64,000 nt of DNA from the human T2T-CHM13v2.0 reference genome, Homo sapiens: the NCBI RefSeq assembly GCF_009914755.1, contig NC_060927.1, one strand, 5' to 3'. The stretch's first letter is position 1. Every line of letters begins with the position of its first letter. A program made the translations under genes and the position numbers. The notes beneath the pieces are model-generated. The model was not told the DNA's origin. It made no database searches and saw only the letters and a program-made list of their open reading frames with translations. Of the stretch, positions 1 through 16,820 are shown piece after piece.

Positions 1-1089
1 TTGAGTAATTTAAACAGTTGCTACAGTTGCATCAGAAGAGAACATCAATTTCTATTGACTGACATTAAAAAGTTATCTGTTTGATTAGTATACTAGTGGA
101 TATTTTGCTTTAAATGCTGCTGGTATTTTTAAATCAAAATTGCTGTATTATCTTTTATTTTTAATTGGAATCTTAGCAATATTTTCCAGCTGTCTTGAAA
201 TACTGATGTTGGTACCTATTAGCTTTTCTTATTTGCATCCATTTCATTTTTTCAAGTTGCTGCATCTCAATTCTTTAGAAACAGTTTCCTCCTCATTTCA
301 TGAAGACTTTGTGAGACTGCCAACCTAGGTATGCTAGCTTGCTCTGAGACAGTCCATTGGATCCTGTTCTTTAGATCCTGATGTCGTTTCTGAACTTCCT
401 AAGCCCTTTGCTAATTTTCCTTCAAACTTATAAGTTACACCATATTCTTCTTCAAAATGTCTTCTATGGGAAATACTATTCTACTGTTTCCAATCAAAGA
501 ATGCTAATAAATAAAGCCTATCAATCCTTGATCTGTTAATTCATTATCATGCTTTAATTCTTTTTAATTAATTCTTTTTGTCAATGTCCAAGTCTTGAAA
601 AGGAAAAAATACAATGAAACACCAAAATACAGGTAGGTTTCACCACAGTGTTTAAAGTGTTGAAAGTAGAATTATTTCAAATTGTTTAAAATAATAAAGA
701 ATAATCAATATGATTTTCTGATAAATACTTTTTCATATAAAAAATTCTGTCATCCAAAATTACTCAACCTAATGCATATAGATTTACATGTATTTTTCCT
801 GTCTTTTATAGCCTCATGAGAACTATTTTATGCAATCATACAAATATTTATAAATGTCTAAGAGTTACATAAAGCACTTATGTAAGTTTTAAAATATTGG
901 AATAATATTTATACATACATAAAAGGGAAGAAACACATTTTTGCATACAAATGTATGTTGTTGCTTTATGTGAGTGTGTATATGTGTGAGTGAATATGTG
1001 TTCCTGCTCTATATTTGTTCCAAGTTACTTTTCATAAGTCGTCCCTTGACTACTCTGGGCTTCATATGATAGGTAGGGCTTTTAAACTA

Positions 1090-1360
1090 TTTTAATTTTT
1101 AGGAAGAATTTTGGTGCTATCCATAAATAGCAAAATAGAATAGTCAATCCTTATATATTCATCACCCCAAACTGAGAATCAGCAAACAATGGCTAATTTG
1201 TTCCTATGGATTCACTCATCAACTCTTACCACTTTTGTAACACTTTGAAGTGAATCCCAGTCGTATATGCTTCCTCTATAAAGTGTATATTGGTTAAATG
1301 AAGGAATGTTATTCTTCTTTTAAAATAATCACAACATCATTATTATATCTAAAAACAAAT
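1090..1360 (-). mobile_element. Old L1 (L1MC/L1ME-type) 3' UTR fragment
   Basis: Degenerate match to the L1MC 3' end in reverse ('tttgaagtgaatcccag', 'aataatcacaacatcattattatatctaaaaa'); boundaries approximate. Confidence 0.45.
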
Positions 1361-1361
1361 T

Positions 1362-1690
1362 GGGGTTTTATTTCTGGTAAATGAGGGTAATATCAGGCCT
1401 ACCCTCCTGATGAAATAATTACAGACTTCGGACAAATAACTGAAAAACAATTGTTTGAAGGCATTAAAGAGACACCAGAAGCAGAAAGAAACAGAAAGAA
1501 TTAGAGTCCTTGAAATGAAAAAAGTAAACTAGGTACAATCCACGTTTAACCACCAGCTGGCAATGTGGAGACTCATGTGAAGAAAAGAGATTCTATTCAT
1601 CTCTACAGCTGCAAAAATACTAGTTTGAGTTGTCACACTTCTGTGCTACAAATTGAGATGATCCTTCCTCCAAAATCTCAGAACCACTTT
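1362..1690 (+). mobile_element. Possible old L1M 5' end fragment
   Basis: Resembles L1M 5' UTR ('tttctggtaaatgaggg...accctcctg...ggacaaataactgaaaaacaattgtttgaaggcatt'); weak recognition. Confidence 0.35.
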
Positions 1691-1695
1691 ACTTC

Positions 1696-1924
1696 TTTTT
1701 TTTTTTTTTTGAGACAGTCTTGCTTTGCCGCCCAGGCTGGAGTACAGTAGCACTATCTTGACTCACTTCAACCTCTGCCTCCCAGGTTCAAGCAATTCTT
1801 GTGCCTCAGCCTCCCAGGCAGCTGGGACTACAGGCATTTGCCATGCCTGGCTAATTTTTGTATTTTTAGTAGAGACGGAGTTTCATTATGTTGGCCAGGC
1901 TGGTTTCAAACTTCTGACCTCAAG
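1696..1924 (-). mobile_element. AluS, 5'-truncated
   Basis: T15 tail then gagacagtcttgc...ctaatttttgtatttttagtagagacgg...tgacctcaag; about 60 nt of the Alu 5' end are missing. Confidence 0.95.
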
Positions 1925-2981
1925 ATATTTTTCTTTGATGTTCACTTGTAGCATCCAAAAGTATAGGTCGGGGTCCATTCCAAGATGGCTGAATAGGAAC
2001 TGCTCTGGTCTACAGCTCCCAGTGTGATCAACGCAGAAGACAGGTGATTTCTGCATTTCTAACTGAGGTACATGATTCATCTCATTGGGACTGGTTGGAA
2101 AGTGAGTGCAGCCCATGGAGGGTGAGCCAAAGCAGGGCAGGGCATCTCCTCACCCGGGAAGTGCAAGGGGTTGGGAGATTTCCCTTTCCTAGCCAAGGGA
2201 AGCCATGACAGACTGTACTGGGAAAATCGGGATGCTGCCACCTAAACACTGTGCTTTTCCAATGGTCTTAGCAAATGGCACACCAGGAGATTATATCCCG
2301 TGTCTGGCTAAGCAGGTCCCACGCCCATGGAGCCTTGCTCACAGCTAGTGGAGGGGTGTCTGCTGTTGCTGAGGCTTGAGTAGGTAAACAAAGTGACTGA
2401 GAAGCTTGAGCTGGGTGGAGCCCACCACAGCTCAAGAGGCCCACCTGCCTCTGTAGACTCCACCTCTGGGGGAAGGGCATAGCTGAACAAAAGGCAGCAG
2501 AAACTTCTGCAGACTTAAACATCCCTGTCTGACAGCTTTGAAGAGAGTGGTGGTTCTCCCAGCATGGAGTTTGAGATCTGAGAATGGACAGACTGCCTCC
2601 TCAAGTGGGTCCCTGACCCCCGAGTAGCCTAACTTGGAGACACCTCCCAGTAGGGGCCGAGTGACACCTCATACAGTCAGGTGCCCCTCTGAGATGAAGC
2701 TTCCAGAGGAAGGATCAGGCAGCAACATTTGCTGTTCTGCAATATATGCTGTTCTGCAATATTTGCTGTTCTGCAGTCTCTGCTGGTGATACCCAGGCAA
2801 ACAGAGTCTGGAGTGGACCTCTAGCAAACTCCAACAGACCTGAAGCTGAGGGTCCTGACTGTTAGAAGGAAAACTAACAAACAGAAAGGAATAGCATCAA
2901 CATCAACAAAAGGACATCCACACCAAAGCCCCATCTGTAGATCACCATCATCAAAGACCAAAGGTAGATAAAACCACAAAG

Positions 2982-4104
2982 ATGGGGAGAAACCAGAGCA
3001 GAAAAGCTGAAAATTCTAAAAATCAGAGCGCCTCTTCTCCTCCAAAGGAACGCAACTCCTCACCAGCAACAGAACAAAGCTGGATGGAGGATGACTTTGA
3101 CAAGTTGACAGAAGTAGACTTCAGAAGATCGGTAATAACAAACTTCTCCAAGCTAAAGGAGGATCTTCGAACCCATCACAAAGAAGCTAAAAACCTTGAA
3201 AAAAGATTAGACAAACGGCTAACTAGAATAAACAGTGCAGAGAAGACCTTAAATGACCTGATGGAGCTGAAAACCATGGCAAGAGAACTACATGATGCAT
3301 GCACAAGCTTCAGTAGCAGATTGGATCAAGTGGAAGAAAGGGTGTCAGTGAATGAAGATCAAATGAATGAAATGAAGCGAGAAAAGAAGTTTAGAGAAAA
3401 AAGAATAAAAACAAATGAACAAACCTCCAAGAAATATGGGACTATGTGAAAAGACCAAATCTATGTCTGATTGGTGTACCTGAAATTGACAGCGAGAATG
3501 GAACCAAAAACAAATGAACAAACCTCCAAGAAATATGGGCCTATGTGAAAAGACCAAATCTATGTCTGATTGGTGTACCTGAAATTGACAGTGAGAATGG
3601 AACCAAGTTGGAAGACATTCTTCAGGATATTATCCAGGAGAACTTACCCAACCTAGCAAGGCAGGCCAACATTCAAATTCAGGAAATACAGAGAATGCCA
3701 CAAAGATACTCCTCGAGAAGAGCAAACACAAGACACATAATTGTCAGATTCAGCAAGGTTGAAATGAAGAAGAAAATGTTAAGGGCAGCCTGAGAGAAAG
3801 GTCGGGTTACCCACAAAGGGAAGTCCATCAGACTAACAGCAGATCTCTCAGCAGAAACTCTTACAAACCAGAAGAGAGTGGGGGCCAATGTGAAGATTTT
3901 TAAAGCAAAGAATTTTCAACCCAGAATTTCATATCCAGCCAAACTAAGCTTCATAAGTGAAGGACAAATAAAATCCTTTACAGACAAGCAAATGTTGAGA
4001 GATTTTGTCACCACCAGGCCTGCCTTACAAAAGCTCCTGAAGGAAGCACTAACATGGAAAGGAACAATCGGTACCAGCCACTCCAAAAACATGCCAAATT
4101 GTAA
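2982..4104 (+). pseudogene. L1 ORF1p remnant (frameshifts, stop, 99-bp tandem duplication)
   Basis: ORF pieces MGRNQSRKAENSK..., KRPNLCLIGVPE, PQRYSSRR, FQPRISYPAKLSF are typical of ORF1p; split over several frames. Confidence 0.95.
3407..3604 (+). repeat. 99-bp tandem duplication inside L1 ORF1
   Basis: 3407-3505 and 3506-3604 are identical except for 2 substitutions. Confidence 0.95.
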
Positions 4105-4164
4105 TGACCATAGATGCTAGGAAGAAACTGCATCAACTAACATGCAAAATAACCAGCTAACATA

Positions 4165-7969
<3,805 letters not shown>

Positions 7970-8260
7970 ACAATGAGAACACTTGGACACAGGGCGAGGA
8001 ACACACACTGGGGCCTGTCATGGGGTAAGGGAATGGGGGAAGGATAGCATTAGGAGACATGCCTAATGTAAATAATGAGTTAATGGGTGCATCAAACCAA
8101 CACGGCACATGTATACATATGTAACAAACCTACACGTTTTGTACATGTACCCTAGAACTTAAAGTATAATAAAATAAAGAAAAAAAAGATTCCAACCCAA
8201 TAACGTTCATGTTAGTAATGATATAAAAAAAGTACAAGTCAAAATCTTCATTTCATTTTA

Positions 8261-8543
8261 CTATAGTAAAATAAATACATAAACCAGAAACATAGTTGTT
8301 TATTGCCATTATCAAGTACTATATACTATACATAATAGTGTGTGCTGGATTTTTACATGACTGGCAGTATAGTGGGTTTGTTTACATCAGTATCACCACA
8401 AACACATGAGTAATGTGTTGTGCTATGATGCTACCACATAACTAGGCAATAGGATGTTTTTCAGCTCGGTTATAATCTTATAAGTCCACTGTCATAGATG
8501 TGGTCTCTTGGTAACCAAAACATCATTATACGGTGCATGACTG
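8261..8543 (+). mobile_element. Tigger3-family DNA transposon, right-end fragment
   Basis: Ends in TIR catcattatacggtgcatgactg followed by TA; homologous to 42520-42810 in this window. Confidence 0.85.
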
Positions 8544-9039
8544 TAAATAAAACTTAACTTCCTTTTAAAATTTGAGGTGTTTCCTCTAATTTCCCTTCTT
8601 TCTATGTTGTCACCCTTCTTCCAGTCACCTAGACATGAAATCTAGTAGAAACGGCTTTCTTGACACCTTCTCCTAGTGTATCATCAGGTCAATCTTATTG
8701 CAAAGTTTTAGTTCATTCTTTCAGCTATTTTCTTTTCTACTGAAATGGCCTTCCTACCCCAAAATAAATATGCCCCTTTCTCCAAATGTAAATACAGATT
8801 CATAGGTGAATGTGTGGAATTACTAATGGAAAATAGATAGATCATCTATTTTTTGATACTCATTATTCTTTCATTTAAATCAATTTATTTTATTAGCATC
8901 TTAGCTAAATTCAACATTTTTTTTTTCAGTTCTTACTAAATGATCGGTTTTTCCCTTGGCATTGAGTAGATTAGTAAAAAAGGAAGATATTCTTTTTGTC
9001 TTCAGGGAATTTAAATCTCCTTGAAGGAATACGATTTAT

Positions 9040-10175
9040 GAGATCTCTTTTATGGCTTATCCCACACCTCCTCTCCCCTTCTTTCCTGCTATCAGAACCA
9101 CAGCTTTTTTTGTAGAGCAACAATATGTTTAGCCTCAGGGGGTAAATCATGACGGATCTAGGCTAACTCCTGCTTCTGTCTTTCTTGTTTGCCAAATATA
9201 ACTTTTCCAGTGCTACTTACAGCCATGTGAACATTTTCTGGCCCAGAAGATGTAAGGATACATTTTTTGAGAGTCTTCAAGCAAAGGTTTTATTTCTTCA
9301 TAAGAAGACATAGATTCATGATAAGAAAGACTCAGCAATCCCATTAGTTGGTATAAACCCAAAGGAATAAAATCATTCTATTATAAAAACATATGCACAT
9401 GTACGTTCATTGCAGCACCATTCGCAATAGGAAAGACATGGAATCAACCTACACGCCCATCAATAATAATAGACTGGATAAAGAAAGTGGGGTACATATA
9501 CCCCATGGAACACTATGCAGCCATAAAAGAGTTTGCAGGCACATCGACGGAGCTGGAAGCCACTATCCTTAGCAAACTAACACAGGAACAGAAAACCGAA
9601 TACCACATGTTCTCACTTATAAGTGAGAGGTAAATAATGAGAACACGTGGACCCTAGAGGGGAACAGCACACACTAGGGCCTTTCAGAGAATGCAGGGTG
9701 GGAGGAGGGAGAGGATCAGGAAAAATAACTAATGTGAACTAGGCTTAGTACCTGGGTGATGAAATGATGTGTACAACCAACCCCCATGACACAAGTTTAC
9801 CTACATCACAAACCTACACTTGTACTCCTGAATTTATAATAAAAGTTAAAAAAAAGAAAGCACTTCCCCTTCCTACTTTCTAAGTTTCAATATAATTGTG
9901 ATATCTGGAGTTTACAGCTATGAGGCAATAAGCCTAAGACAAACAAAACGAAAGCAAAACAAAAAGGCCAATGTATCAAGAAGCATCAGTAAAGGGACAG
10001 TCTGTAATTGATGACTTGATTACACTTTTGAACTAACCTTTGATTTCCTGTTTCTAGCCGTTGACTTCACATTTCTAGACTTGTTATCAAGTAAAATAAC
10101 TGTAATTCTGGTTTTATCAACTGTTAGTTGTTTTGTTGTTGTTGTTATTTGCTGCCAAAAAATTCTTAACCAATG
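9040..10175 (+). mobile_element. Old MaLR LTR (MLT1J/K-like) split by an L1 fragment
   Basis: MLT1-like motifs and terminus 'ttgttatttgctgccaaaaaattcttaac'; boundaries approximate. Confidence 0.5.
9329..9855 (+). mobile_element. 5'-truncated L1PA (about PA13-16) 3' end
   Basis: cagcaatcccatta...ggagaggatcaggaaaaataactaat...aataaaagttaaaaaaa; short aagaaag repeat on both sides. Confidence 0.9.
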
Positions 10176-10549
10176 AGCCTACATACATGGCATAGTTTAA
10201 TAAAATGCAAGGAGTCATGTGATTAGATCACCAGACACGATGATGGGTTATTGTGTATAGACAATCTAAGTCAATAAATTAGTACCTTTCGGAGTCAGAA
10301 AAACCATTATGGGAGACTGGACTTAAGTGGCCAAGGGTTGTGCTGATCTTTAAGGTTTTCCCAGCTGAGAGAACATGAATAGTACAATGAAGTAAAACTG
10401 AAATCTATTTTCCCACTTTGCTTTTATGGAAGTTGAATTTACTGGCCAATAAAGTTCTGCGTATTTAAATTAGTTTTGCTTTTATTATCCCTGGTAAATG
10501 TGGAAAAATTAGTTAATGGCATATATGGGTTTTTCTCACAAAGTTTCTG

Positions 10550-11000
10550 GGTTGGAAAAAGATCTTCTGAATCCAGTAACTTTCCAGTTGTTGAACACCC
10601 TCTACACAATTCCATTAATTGTTTGCCAGGACTGTTCTTAAATTCCACTGATGACAAGGAATGGAATCAGCACATTTTAACCTTCTAGCAGGTATTTACT
10701 TATAAAAATTCTTTCCTACTATTGAGTAGAAGTAGGCTGTCTGTAATTTCTTCCCATTGATCTGAATCCTATTCTATGGAATCAGTCATGAAAATATTTA
10801 AAGATTGCTATTATTTCCTCCTTGACAACATGAAAATATTTAAAGTTTGCAATTATTTCCTCCTTGACAACATTTCCAGTTTACTAATCTCAAGTTCTGA
10901 AGGACAGATTCATAGTAGACTAGTTTCTAAACCTTATCCATTTGAGGGCTACCTTCATAGTTTCTCCACATCAACTAAATGGTTCCTTATTCAATAATTT
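10550..11000 (-). mobile_element. Ancient CR1/L3 LINE fragment
   Basis: Degenerate match to the reversed CR1 3' region ('ttctttcctactatt...ctgtaatttcttcccattg', 'tatttaaagattgctatt', 'tttctaaaccttatccattt'). Confidence 0.45.
10787..10870 (+). repeat. 42-bp tandem duplication
   Basis: catgaaaatatttaaag(a/t)ttgc(t/a)attatttcctccttgacaa occurs twice, 2 mismatches. Confidence 0.93.
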
Positions 11001-11223
11001 CCTAAGAATGACTCATCTTTTTACTTAAATAATTCTAGATTCACCCTAAACAGTAATAGCCATTTAGTCATTAGTTTGATTTTCTGGTTCTATTTCCTAA
11101 TGTGCATTATAATAAATAGATAATAAAATAAAAATGTATATGTTCAGACTAAATCATATGTACCACACATCTGAGAAACACTGCGTTAAATATATTTCTT
11201 TGCAGGTTTTGTCTATCTTAAGG

Positions 11224-11277
11224 CCTTCCTTCCTTCCTTCCTTCCTTCCTTCCTTCCTTCCTTCCTTCCTTCCTTCC
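11224..11277. repeat. (CCTT)n tetranucleotide microsatellite
   Basis: About 13 pure units. Confidence 0.97.
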
Positions 11278-11989
11278 CTCCTTCTTTGTGACAAGACAAG
11301 TAAAACTTTACTTACTGTGGAAGTTAAAAGTGTAAAGATTTTGAACCTTTTGGCTTAGAGATCTCCCATTTCATGATTAGAGACATCATTTCATCTCTTA
11401 GCTATTATCATAAAATTCAGATTCTCTTATACCTGTTGAATTGTTGAAGCATGTGCTCTTTGGATCTGAATTAAACATTATTATTCATTAAAAATTAGGA
11501 AGGTAGGCATAACATTTTTCATATGTTATTAATTTAATATAGGAATATTAAATTAGTATTTCTATATTTCAATTGGAAAGACAGTCATTTTAATAATACA
11601 AATACTTGCTATAAATTCACCCTACTTGTAATGAATGTAAGCAAGACAGCCTTAGTTGCAATTACTTTTTAGGAAAAAGTTTTGGTTATATCAAGGCAAT
11701 TAAAAATATCTTCATGTAACATTTTTCAAATAAATACCACTGACCAATTTCAGTGTCATAGAAATTCTTCTCTGATGCGAAATTATACACAACAATACAA
11801 AGAAAGTCAACAATTGTATAGAGATTGATAAATTGGAATAAAGTCAGAACAGCTTTATAAAAAATAAGTAGCTTTATATGACAATTACAATATGCTCTTA
11901 GGATGAAAAGAAAAAAGTCTACATAAATAAAAAGTGTATTAATTTGGGTATAGATATAAATATTGCAACTGGAAAGTTATATTTTTGTG

Positions 11990-12124
11990 TTTCTTTTTCT
12001 TTTTTTAAAGAGGTGAATCTTGCAATGTTGTCCAGGCTGGTCTTGAACACCTGGGTTTAAGTGATTCTCCTGCCTTAGTCTCCTGAGTAGCTGGGACTAC
12101 AGGATTGCACCACCATGCCTAGCT
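11990..12124 (-). mobile_element. Alu monomer (FLAM-like)
   Basis: T-rich tail then tgttgtccaggctggtcttgaac...gtagctgggactacagg...caccatgcctagct; single arm. Confidence 0.85.
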
Positions 12125-13611
12125 AGAAGGACACACTGTATTAGATAAAAATTTTGACCCTAATTTATACGCCTTTTGTAGATGGCAATATTTAGATATA
12201 AAACAATTTGAGGTAACAGTGTTTCACTTATATAGGCAAGGCATATGGATTCGCCTGAATTCCACTCCTGTCATCTAGATCTGTTGTGGGAGGTAAATAA
12301 ATGAAAACGCTTTAGATGCTTGAATAATGAGGACTTAAGTGAACAGTTTCTTTTAATACCACTTATTCTCCAAAGGCTCAACCTGGTCATGAAATTAAAA
12401 ACAGAGCAAAAGAAGAACAAAATGATACCACCACCAAAACAACACGTAAATTGCTAGCACAAATTACTTTGGTGGAGTTTAAAAATATTTCAGTAGCATG
12501 CTCCATTTTAAAAGGCAGAATTCTTCCAATCGCACAATAATTTTTCATGGTCGGTATTTAAACATAAGCTGTTGGCTTAGATTGACTCACGGGACAATCT
12601 CATCTTATCCTTTTATTTAAAGCAACACAAGAGATTTTCTGGCTGAATCCTGTTGGTTTTTATTGTTGAATTTTGTTTTGTAGGTCTAAATCCCCCATTT
12701 AATCAATTTTGTAGTAGCTTTTGTGTGTTGGTGAGAAACGTGTTTTTTTCTCCCGTTTTCATTTTTCTTTCCTGTTTAAGTGAAGGATTTGTGAACCTTA
12801 TTAAACAAGGATTTATCCATTTGCTTCTGCTTTATCCTGCTAAATTACCTATGCTACTTTGTGATATAGAATTTGCTTAGTTGCTTTTATACTTTGGATG
12901 CAAATATCATATTTAAGATCATATTAAGATGTGTTAAGCCATTTGCTTGGTATTCCATAGCATCAATTCTCCTTCAAGACACCTGAAATAAATACAGTCA
13001 TTATCAGTATAAATTCTCTGCTAAGAAATAGGAAAATTTTGTTAAATAAGAAATAAAATATTCCAAGTGCTGAGGTGGCAATTTCATGGTTCTTTGAGAA
13101 CCATACTTGTCCTGAATTAGAGGTTGTTGATGCTTTAATCAAACAAATATTCAAAATATGTTTCTATGTTTTTCTATGCACTAAAGAAAATTTGATTTTA
13201 TTGGTATTTCTGTATTGTCCTACTCAATCATCCTAATGGTAACTGGTGATATTTGGGAATCAAAGTTAAAGGTGAAAGGATACGTGAAAACAAACAAACA
13301 AAAAAGAACAGAAAAAGGAAAACTTACTTTTTGCTTCATTAATCTCATAATTTAACCATCTAAGGTAAAGCTTAAATATTTTTAATGTGGGCTCAATTCT
13401 CCCCATTTACTAACTAGCAACCAATTTATTTCTTTCATGGCTTTACTTCCAATCTGTATGTATTGTGTTGCTTTACCTGTTTATCTCTATAGGTTACATT
13501 TCCTGTCTGCTATAAAATACATTCCTAAAAACAGACTTTGTCTCTCCTGTTCTCTAAAGCATGGGTGGTACCTGGTGAGTATTGGTTTGAAGAAGTGCAT
13601 AAATGGCTTAG

Positions 13612-13992
<381 letters not shown>

Positions 13993-14275
13993 TTAAGGTA
14001 GACAGAACTTTGAAATTATCAATCCAATTTCCAAAGAAAAAAATTATGCACATTGCATAATTGACATATTGTCACCTAGTTTTGCCCTTTGGAGCAAGAG
14101 AAATGAAGACACAACTGCAATTGCTTGGAGACACCACAGTGGCCACTCATTGCTTCTTTTCTCTCCCAAAGTAAAACACTACAAATTCATTCTGCTCATT
14201 CTATTTTACGTTTTCTAATATAATTCTCCAGTGTTTCAATGACCTGATTGTGTGAGGGGGGAAAAGGTGGGAGTC

Positions 14276-14674
14276 TGCTATAGTTTAAATATTTGTGCCC
14301 CTCCAAAATTCATGTGAAAATTCATCCCCAATACCACACTATTAAGAAATGGGATATTTAGGAGGTGATTAGACTATATGGGCTTCGTTCTCATGAATGG
14401 ATGAGTGCCTTATAAAAGTGCCCCAGAAAATTAGCTGGGCCCTTGTTGCCCTACTACTCCCTTTACTATGTGAGGACACAGGTTCATCCCCTCTGGAGGA
14501 TACAGTGTTTAAGACGCATCTTGGAAGCAAAAAGCAGCCCTCAGCAGACACTAAACCTGCTGGTGCCTGATTTTGGACGTCCCAGCCTCCAGAACTGTGA
14601 GAAATACGTTTCGGTTCTTTATAAATCATTCAATCTCAGGTATTTTGTTATAGCAGCATGAATGGAATAAGACA
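14276..14674 (+). mobile_element. MaLR solo LTR (MSTC/MSTD or MLT1A-like)
   Basis: tgctatagtttaaat...cagcctccagaactgtgagaaata...gttatagcagcatgaatggaataagaca; TG...CA ends. Confidence 0.88.
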
Positions 14675-16109
14675 AGAGCCCTTACTTTTATATGAACTAC
14701 ATGGCTGGATTGAATTAATACAGGTGACTGATTTGGAATTAATTACATGACTAAGTCTAGCTGGATCCACATATGAAAAGTCTTGTGAAAAGTCTTTAGC
14801 AAGGTGCTAGAATGGACAAGCACCAACTTTGAATGGTACAGGTAATGGAAACCAAACAAGACATTCTTAAAAGGAGTCACAGAGGTTTTCTATTTCTATC
14901 AAGACATGTAAATTCTCCATATCTTTGACTATCTGATAAGAGTTAAGAAAAGCGTGTCTTTATATTTTCATAAAAATATGAGTAACTGTTTGTTTATAAA
15001 GTTCTCGGATATTTAAAAAGTTTTAAAAACAGAACTTATCAATCTAAATGTCTCTCTTATTGGTTGTTTTTAAGACAGAGGAAAAAGCGAGGAATTAGGA
15101 AAATTAATGAATTAGGAAATTAGTAAAATTAAGTTGGGGCAAGTGATGTAGAGATCGCCTACTTAGACATTATTCTAAGAAGGAGATACACATAAAATAA
15201 TTTACTTCTCAAGAAGGTGGTAGAAAGGTTAGAATAAATAATTAGTAAGGGAAGGATTTATGGACATCTTTCAAAATGTCAAACAGGAGGAAGGAATTAA
15301 TTTTGAAAAATAATCTACTTTCAAATGTCATCTAGATGACTATGGAAGGAATGAAAATAAGCTTTAAAAATACATATGGCTATAAGACAAATATAAAAAA
15401 GCTAGCCAATGATGATTTAAGCCAATGATGGGTCAATCACCCAAGTGTAATGACTTTTAAAGCAAATGTGGATGGTGGTCCATAATTTGATACATTATAG
15501 TGTGCCAGAGAAGGTCTAAGCAAAACAAACAAACAAACAAAAAAAAACACAAAACACTGTATTTGGCAACAAAACTGAATTACTTTGATACTATACTACT
15601 CTTGAGTTCTGAAACCAAAATGCATTTTGTAAGAAATTAAAGTAGTAAAGATTCCCCACCTTGGTCTCTAATAATACATACTGCTGAATCAACTGCCAAA
15701 GATTCTAATTCAGTTTGTATGTGTGTGGCAGGGAGAAGGGGCCGATCAAAATTTTAAAAATAGTACTAACAATGACATGGACTTATAACAAGGAATAAGG
15801 ATTATTTAATCACACAGTGATTAAGTAGTAAGACATAAAGCATGGTATTTTGAGATGCTCATATTCAGCAGAGAAATGTAGGCCTGACACTTCTTTCCTG
15901 AACTTGACACGTGGAACATGTTAGTGCAGTGTCAGATTGGGCTTTGAGTGTTGGGAAGTGATAGGAATGGGGGAGTATGCAGTGGTCTAGAGAGTCCATG
16001 ATGGAAACAAACTGGACTTATATTAGCTACTTTGAGCTACATAGAAAGAACCTCTCACACAAAGCAGTCAGAGAAGAAACTAGAAAATGTACATCCTAGC
16101 TCATTGGGT

Positions 16110-16625
16110 TGATGCTTCTCCAAGTTTAATGTACCCATGTGTATTAGCCCATTCACTTGCTGCTATAAGGACATACCTGAGACTGGGAAATTTATAAAGA
16201 AAAGAGGTTTAATGGACTCACAGTTTCACGTGGCTGGGGAAGGCTTACAATCATGGAGGAAGGCAAAGGAGGAGCAAAGGCACATCTTACATGGTGGCAG
16301 GCAAGAAAGTGTGTGCAGAAGAACCATCAGATCTCATGAGACTTATTCACTGTCAGGAGAGCAGCACAGGAAAAAACTCACCCCCATGATGAAATTACTT
16401 CCCACCAGGTCCCTCCCAGGACACATGGGAATTATGGGAACTACAATTCAAAATGAGATTTGGATGAGAACACAGCCAAACCATATCACCATGCATCTCC
16501 TGAGGGACTGGTTCACAGGCAGATTCTGATACAGTTCATATGGGGTGGGGCTTGAGATTCTGCATTTGTACTATGCTGCAAGCTGATACTTGTGCTGCTG
16601 TTGATCACAGTTGGAGTAGCAATGT
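16110..16625. mobile_element. MER5B-like hAT element interrupted by THE1
   Basis: cagattctgatacagttc...gggtggggcttgagattctgcattt; continues on both sides of THE1. Confidence 0.6.
16140..16488 (-). mobile_element. THE1 (THE1C/D) solo LTR
   Basis: tgtattagcc...cacagccaaaccatatca; perfect 5-bp TSD CCATG (16135-39 / 16489-93). Confidence 0.95.
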
Positions 16626-16634
16626 GTGAAACAG

Positions 16635-16820
16635 ACATTCTCAAAACTTAATGTGTTCTTAAATCACCCAGAGGGCTGGTTAAAACAGATGTCACTAGAC
16701 TTCAACACAAGAGTTTCTGATTCTGCAAGTCTGGGATAGGACCCACTAGTTTGCATTTCTAACAAGTCTGCAGGAGATGTCATTGCTGCTGTTTCAGGGA
16801 TTACACAGAGAACAACTTGT
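16635..16820. mobile_element. MER5A
   Basis: aatcacccagagggctggttaaaacaga...gagtttctgattc...tttgcatttctaacaag. Confidence 0.8.

Noticed and set aside
1725-2027. 100-aa ORF and similar ORFs at 13625, 25510, 31008, 60141, 62134 and 63451
   Set aside because: Alu-derived translations (LECSG, PASAS), not genes
2268-2522. Antisense ORFs in the L1 5' UTR as ORF0
   Set aside because: The position equivalent to the ORF0 start (MAGAPP) reads TADTPP with the ATG lost, and an adjacent deletion of about 40 bp disrupts it
12520-12615. AP-1 (tgactca 12583) and GATA (cttatc 12604) motifs with a few CpGs
   Set aside because: Short motifs expected by chance in 64 kb; no further support
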